Source: an uncultured Dehalococcoidia bacterium (GTDB lineage: Bacteria > Chloroflexota > Dehalococcoidia > Lucifugimonadales > UBA3495). Taken from it: a stretch of 13,160 nt of DNA. Made by a program: the position numbers and the translations under genes. Position 1 is the stretch's first letter, and every line of letters starts with the position of its first letter. The stretch is taken from NCBI GenBank assembly GCA_950072105.1, contig CATMOE010000080.1:1-13160 (forward strand). Reading direction: 5' to 3'. Positions 8,678-13,160 of this stretch are shown piece after piece. Under the pieces are notes generated by a model that saw only the letters and a program-made list of their open reading frames with translations, did no database searches and was not told the DNA's origin.

Positions 8678-10238
8678 ATGTACACTCACACTGCCAAAAG
8701 CCAGGAAAACAAGAGCCGGAATGTGGCCAGCCAACCGTCCAGCAAAGTGGATGGTGGCCACGCCACATTTCAATTAGAAGACAACCGCCCTGAAGCCGTC
8801 CAACTCAAGAAGCTGCAAATGATGGCTGACAACAGCCCCCAGGCTGCGAAAGCTGCCCGGCTGCAGGCCATGGCCAACAGCGGTCCTTATTCGGTGGCGC
8901 AGAGGATGCGAATAAAAGGATCGTCCGGTGGACCGGTGCAAATGCAAGACGCGCCGGAAGAGGACGAGCTTCAGATGAAAGCCGGTCAAGCTATAATCCA
9001 GCGGCAGGGACCGGGGAAGAAGACTTGCTCCAAGGGAAATTCGAGCCGCAGCGACCAGAGGAAAACAAGACTGGAATGCCGGACGAATTGAAGTCAGGTA
9101 TTGAAAACCTGTCCGGCCTGTCTATGAGCGATGTGAAAGTCCACTACAATTCTTCTAAGCCCGCCACGTTACAGGCGCTGGCGTACACGCAAGGCTCCAA
9201 CATCCATGTCGGACCGGGACAGGAAAAACATTTGCCCCACGAGGCCTGGCATGTGGCGCAGCAAAACAAGGCCGGGTAAACCCGACTACGCAAATGAAAG
9301 TTGGGGTAAGTATCAATGACGATAAAAGCTTAGAGCATGAAGCGGATGTCATGGGGGCAAGGGCCCTCCATATAGGCGCGCCAGCGGATTTGGTACATGA
9401 AAACAATAGTAAGGCCGGGGCAAGTGTCGTCACTCAACAAAGGAGTATCAGGGCGCCGGACGGTGTCGCCCAATTGGCAACAATCACTAACGTTACTGTA
9501 GCAACGGCCCACGGAGACGGCAATGCCAATCGCAAAAAAGTGGGGATTGGCGAGAAGGTAACTCTGACGGGCGACGTAGCAGGCGATTGGTCAGCAAGCC
9601 GTGGGACGCTCCCAGCCGACAAGACCGGGAAACTGAGTGTGACATGGCAGGCGCCAGATGCTGCTGACGCAAGTGCGAAAATAGAATTGAAGGTGGCTGC
9701 GAACAACAAAGCGGATGTAACGTTCAATGTCGTAGAACCCTCAGACGCGTTTTTCAAGGACAAGGGTGCATATGCGATATATCCAAGCGATGGAGCGGGT
9801 GCATCGTTCGAGGGTAAGAACGCAGAATTTAAACCCAGCGACGTGTCATTCAAAAATGTAGAGCATCGGGAGGGGGGCGGCGTCAGTACAGGCACTGGAG
9901 CCTGGAAGGCTGCTGGGGTGATGGGGATGACGCATTCAAATGGTACTTGGACGCAATTAGACGACTCCAACAACGACCAGTCTCCCGACGAGGTAGGGAA
10001 TTGGTTCGATAGGGACGATTGGAAGAAGACTGATAGTAGTGGTGTAGCGAAAGCTGGAGGGGCCGGGTCGTACGCATGGCCTATAGAGTGGCAGTACCGC
10101 GTGAAAACTCCGGCAGGAACGACGGGTCAGTTCATTATCACGCACACGGCGGTAACCGACGCTAACGCGAAGGTCAAGGTAGCGAAGGGCGGTAAAGACG
10201 AAGAGCGTGCTGCTCCGGGCGTGGCTTGGGTGACTTAG
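8678..10238 (+). CDS. DUF4157 (eCIS core domain) protein with uncharacterised C-terminal domain, ~520 aa reconstructed; two frameshifts (G4 at 9013-9016, A4 at 9263-9266)
   Basis: Three consecutive ORFs (8678-9091, 9025-9279, 9294-10238) join by adding one base at each homopolymer. Core: [68 protein letters not shown][K][11 protein letters not shown]...[19 protein letters not shown], the typical DUF4157 signature with HExxH. The N-terminus ([17 protein letters not shown]) is also typical of these proteins. Confidence 0.88.
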
Positions 10239-10407
10239 GTCGCAGGGAGGCCTGCAAGGGAGTGCGGCGTGCTAGGGACGGAAAGGGCCGGGGGCAAGAG
10301 TGCAGGGTTACTCGTCTCCGTCTTCAGCTCCGCTCAGATCATTCGCCGCCACGATAATCGGGCCATCCGCAGCTCCGGCTTTCCCATTGGATTATGCCGG
10401 CCGAAGC

Positions 10408-10428
10408 AGTAGGCCGCGAAAGCCTGCT
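10408..10428. terminator. Hairpin at the 3' end of the LLM gene, between convergent genes (possible terminator)
   Basis: AGTAGGC-CGCGAAA-GCCTGCT, a 7-bp stem with one G-U pair; no clear U-tract. Confidence 0.25.
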
Positions 10429-11479
10429 AGCTAACGACCTGCGGAAAGGGGCGGCTCGGGATATCGCGGCGTAATGCCGGGGCCACATCACTCTGGAATA
10501 ACTCTAGTGTCGCCCGGTGCTGGGCCGGGGTTAGACCAGCGCCGTCAGCGTTTATATTCAGGATCTCGTGCCCCATCTGCTCGTGATACCGGTGCACTTT
10601 CTCAATGATTTGCTGCGGGCTGCCGACCAAGGCCGAACTGCGCTCTATCGCATCCTCCAGCGAGTGGAACACCGGATCCATACCCCGCGCCCGCATCCCA
10701 GCCACTCTGGCGTCGAAGAACGGGCGATACGTCGCGATGGCATCCTGCGACGTCTTGGCGCAGTAGTAACCGGCGGTTCCGGCCCCGACCAACAGGTCCT
10801 CCGGGTCGTGGCCGTATTTCACCCAGCTTTCCCGGTAGTGACGGACCAGGGCGGCGTAAGGTTCGATGGGATTGGTGACGTTAGCTGAGAAGAGAGGGTC
10901 GCCCCACTTGGCCGCCAGCTCCACCGACGCCTCGCTGGTCGCACTGCCGTGCCAGACCCGGATGGGTTGCTGCAACGGACGCGGCCAGGTTTCGGCCTCG
11001 TCCAGCGACGGACGGAACTGGCCGGACCAGGTTACCTTGTCCTCCCGCCACAATTGGCGGAACAGCTCATAACCCTCGCGGTTGCGCTCCCATTGGTCCT
11101 CTTCGGTGACGTGGAATAACTTGGCTTGGGCGGCACCGTTGCCCTTGCCAATCATCAGTTCCAGCCGGCCTCCGCTCAAGTGGTCAAGGGTGGAATAATC
11201 CTCGAACGCCCGCACCGGATCCAAGAGGCTCAAAGTGGTCACCGTGGTGAACAGCCTGATCTTAGATGTCCGGGCGGCGATGTGGCTGAGGATGACCGGC
11301 GGCGAAGACGAGAGGAAGGGCCGCTCATGGCGCTCCCCGACACCGTACCCGTCAAAGCCCAACTCCTCGGCGAGCACCGCGTTGTCCACTACCGAGCGCA
11401 AACGTTCCGTGGTTGAAGGCTGGATCCCGGTGATGGGATCCGGGCCGTACGGGATGAGAGTCATGGCTAGGAACTTCAT
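10427..11479 (-). CDS. LLM class flavin-dependent oxidoreductase (luciferase-like monooxygenase)
   Basis: 350 aa; AVLAEELGFDGYGVGERH, SSPPVILSHIAARTSKIRL, DPVRAFEDYSTLDHLSGGRLELMIGKG, PRPLQQPIRVWHG, LVGSPQQIIEK, LELFQSDVAPALR; GGGGAGG RBS at 11486-11492. Confidence 0.95.
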   Translation of the reverse strand: MKFLAMTLIPYGPDPITGIQPSTTERLRSVVDNAVLAEELGFDGYGVGERHERPFLSSSPPVILSHIAARTSKIRLFTTVTTLSLLDPVRAFEDYSTLDHLSGGRLELMIGKGNGAAQAKLFHVTEEDQWERNREGYELFRQLWREDKVTWSGQFRPSLDEAETWPRPLQQPIRVWHGSATSEASVELAAKWGDPLFSANVTNPIEPYAALVRHYRESWVKYGHDPEDLLVGAGTAGYYCAKTSQDAIATYRPFFDARVAGMRARGMDPVFHSLEDAIERSSALVGSPQQIIEKVHRYHEQMGHEILNINADGAGLTPAQHRATLELFQSDVAPALRRDIPSRPFPQVVS

Positions 11480-11493
11480 GCGGGGCCTCCCCT

Positions 11494-11518
11494 AGATTCA
11501 CATTTGAGTCTGATTATA
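11494..11518 (-). promoter_or_regulatory. Putative sigma70 -10 box (TATAAT) and imperfect palindrome upstream of the LLM gene
   Basis: Minus-strand TATAAT at 11518-11513; imperfect 18-bp palindrome AGATTCACATTTGAGTCT (11494-11511) between it and the RBS; no good -35. Confidence 0.4.
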
Positions 11519-11539
11519 GCCGGGCAATGCGCCGTTGGA

Positions 11540-11695
11540 CTAGTACATCATCCAGTTAATTGTGATGGATGCGAATCACCCCCATCCTGACCTTCCCCCG
11601 TCGAGGGGGAAGGGACTTGTCCTCGCCCCCTTTACCGGGGAAGGTTAGAGAGGGGGTTCTGTCCATGTATTAAAATCATCTAGAAACAGGACTAG
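11540..11695. mobile_element. CTAG-bounded non-autonomous element (MITE-like) containing two inverted REP-like palindromic units
   Basis: GGACTAG occurs at 11537-11543 and 11689-11695. The ends CTAGTACATCATCCAGTTAATT and (reverse complement) CTAGTCCTGTTTCTAGATGATT match at 14/22. Internal 11578-11657: a perfect hairpin CCTTCCCCC-gtcga-GGGGGAAGG, plus ACCCCCatcCTGACCTTCCCC complementary to GGGGAAGGTTAGagaGGGGGT. Non-coding. Confidence 0.6.
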
Positions 11696-12000
11696 CAGAC
11701 AACGTTGAAGCGAAGAATCTTGGTTGGGTGATTGGCGGGAGGTCATGACGCGAATCTGTCGAAGAAGTCATCACCCACCCTTGTCAGGCCACCAGTTGTA
11801 AATCTTCGCCAGTGACCCGCCCGTGAGCGGGAAACGCTCTGAATCCGAGAGTTAATCGGTGAACTGGAACGCCTAGACGCCCGGCTCGTAGCTCAACAAT
11901 CCTACGGCCCGGGTCCAGTCGGCCCCCCATAAGCATCGGTCGAAGCCGAACCCGACGGAGAGACCGAATCAGGTCAACAGATCCGGCCCTACCGATGGAT

Positions 12001-12333
12001 CTACGTACTCGCGCCTCCGGCCGTCTCACGCCGGAAGGCCATCTGGCCGCTGCTGAATGGCCCGGCGCCCATGACCTGATGCACCTCCCAGTCCAGCATC
12101 TCGTAATTCCGAAATCCAAGCGAATGGAACGGGTCCGAGTCGGCGACGGTTTGGGCCTCGTCCCTGGACATAGCCCGAATCACGTAGATTCCCATGCTGT
12201 GATCTGCCGTAGGTCCAGAAAACAGCACGTTGGAGGCTTCGTGCTGGCTTCGCATCCAAGTTAGATGGTCATCAAGGCTACCCATCATCTGCTCTCGGGC
12301 CACCACCGGCCGGCTTAGCACCAAATACCACGT
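12001..12333 (-). CDS. YciI (YCII-related) family protein; apparent ACG start at 12333
   Basis: [M]WYLVLSRPVVAREQMMGSLDDHLTWMRSQHEASNVLFSGPTADHSMGIYVIRAMSRDEAQTVADSDPFH shows the YciI H...SGP...DPF signature. The GGGAGA RBS sits 6 nt before ACG-TGG-TAT; the ORF track uses TTG at 12324. Confidence 0.85.
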   Translation of the reverse strand, partial: TWYLVLSRPVVAREQMMGSLDDHLTWMRSQHEASNVLFSGPTADHSMGIYVIRAMSRDEAQTVADSDPFHSLGFRNYEMLDWEVHQVMGAGPFSSGQMAFRRETAGGAST

Positions 12334-12533
12334 CTAAATTCTCCCTAAATCAACTGAGTCCATACCGCGTGTTACGAAATCAGTTCAAAGTAGATACCTT
12401 AGCATGTAGGCTTGTCTTCGCGGCCATTTTACTATTAGCTCAACCCACCCGTTACATCGGCTTCGTTGGCCCTCTAGCGAATTCGAGACTTAAGCCTCTG
12501 TCTCCGGGAGAGCGTTGGACGCCAAATTGACGA

Positions 12534-13136
12534 CTACGGGTCCAGCCGAAAGGGCGGGTACTCGTCTCGCATCAGGAAGAAATACGCGGCAACTCTGAAG
12601 GCCCACCGATTGAAGCCGATCATTAGATAAAAAATGCTCTCTGGATAGCGCCCGGTAAAAAGCAGTGCAACGGACGCGAAGATCACCAATACGGCGTTGA
12701 GTCCGCCCGAGCGCGGCCCGAATCCCCCGTGGAGTATTCCAACAACGATGTAGTGGGGTATCCCCAGCAACCACTTGACCAGCACTAGGCCTTTGGATAG
12801 CTGTTCCGGCTATTCGACATCAAATTTTGCCGGGTAATCCTCTTCTTTGAGACTGAAAGGCGGATACCGGTCAGTCCCGTTAGCGCCAAAGGTGTAGAAA
12901 CTCACCCGCCACGACCACCGTAACACGCCCACGTTGAAATCAAAGATTCCTCTGGGGTACTTTCCGGTAAAGAGAATGGCGAAAAACGCCACCACCCACA
13001 AGACTGCGAAAGCAACCCACAAAAACGCAAGCACGACGTAGTGGGGAATAGCTAAGAACCACTTAACCAGCCAAAGCCCCCGACTAAGGTTGGGGTCCAA
13101 TTCACCCTCAAGAGAAACTGGGTAATGGGCATCCAT
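12534..13136 (-). CDS. DUF4389 two-repeat membrane protein (200 codons) with an in-frame TAG at codon 109 (12810-12812)
   Basis: AGGAGGA RBS at 13141-13147. ORFs 12810-13136 and 12534-12785 are in the same frame: ...[28 protein letters not shown]. Internal duplication of [17 protein letters not shown] / LFTGKYP / RW..RV / YPPF. Confidence 0.85.
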
Positions 13137-13160
13137 CTCGTCCTCCTGCCAGTTAGGATT

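Noticed and set aside
8774..11495. Antisense ORFs over the DUF4157 and LLM genes (e.g. 9434-9973, 10568-10888) as an immunity gene
   Set aside because: They lie within the real genes on the opposite strand; no separate immunity-like ORF is evident in 10239-10426.
11882..11900. GGCTCGTAGCTCAA resembling a tRNA 5' end
   Set aside because: No D-loop GG, anticodon arm, or correctly spaced T-loop and acceptor stem follows.
11784..12774. ORFs 11784-12119(-), 11995-12264(+), 12026-12259(-), 12490-12774(-)
   Set aside because: Alternative frames overlapping the YciI and DUF4389 genes; no family motifs.
1..13160. Genome-wide TAG reassignment or pyrrolysine as a firm call
   Set aside because: Five genes terminate at TAG at plausible C-termini and no pyl genes or suppressor tRNA are in the window; kept only as a testable finding.

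Overview
Bacterial genomic window with roughly 11 genes; no rRNA, tRNA, CRISPR array or transposase is evident. The gene content (LLM oxidoreductase, AhpD/CMD, YciI, DUF4389, signal-less NMT1/THI5-like proteins) is reminiscent of Chloroflexota/SAR202-type genomes, which is an inference only. In order: the 5' part of a methylcrotonyl-CoA carboxylase beta subunit (-, runs off the left edge, absent from the ORF track); a His-rich TPR-like protein (+, one frameshift); a small beta-rich hypothetical (-); a papain (C1) peptidase fused to an alpha/beta-hydrolase (-, two in-frame TAG plus one frameshift); two tandem paralogous periplasmic-binding-fold proteins with no signal peptide and no transporter genes, followed by a CMD/AhpD-like gene (+); an orphan DUF4157 (eCIS-core) protein with an unrecognised C-terminal domain (+, two frameshifts); a luciferase-like monooxygenase (-); a CTAG-bounded REP/MITE-like element; a YciI-family gene with an apparent ACG start (-); and a DUF4389 membrane protein with an in-frame TAG (-). 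At least 8 reading-frame lesions suggest an error-prone long-read consensus and/or gene decay. The best novelty candidates are the cytoplasmic 'CEWG' binding-fold pair plus AhpD (possible enzymes), the orphan DUF4157 cargo, and the recurring in-frame amber codons.
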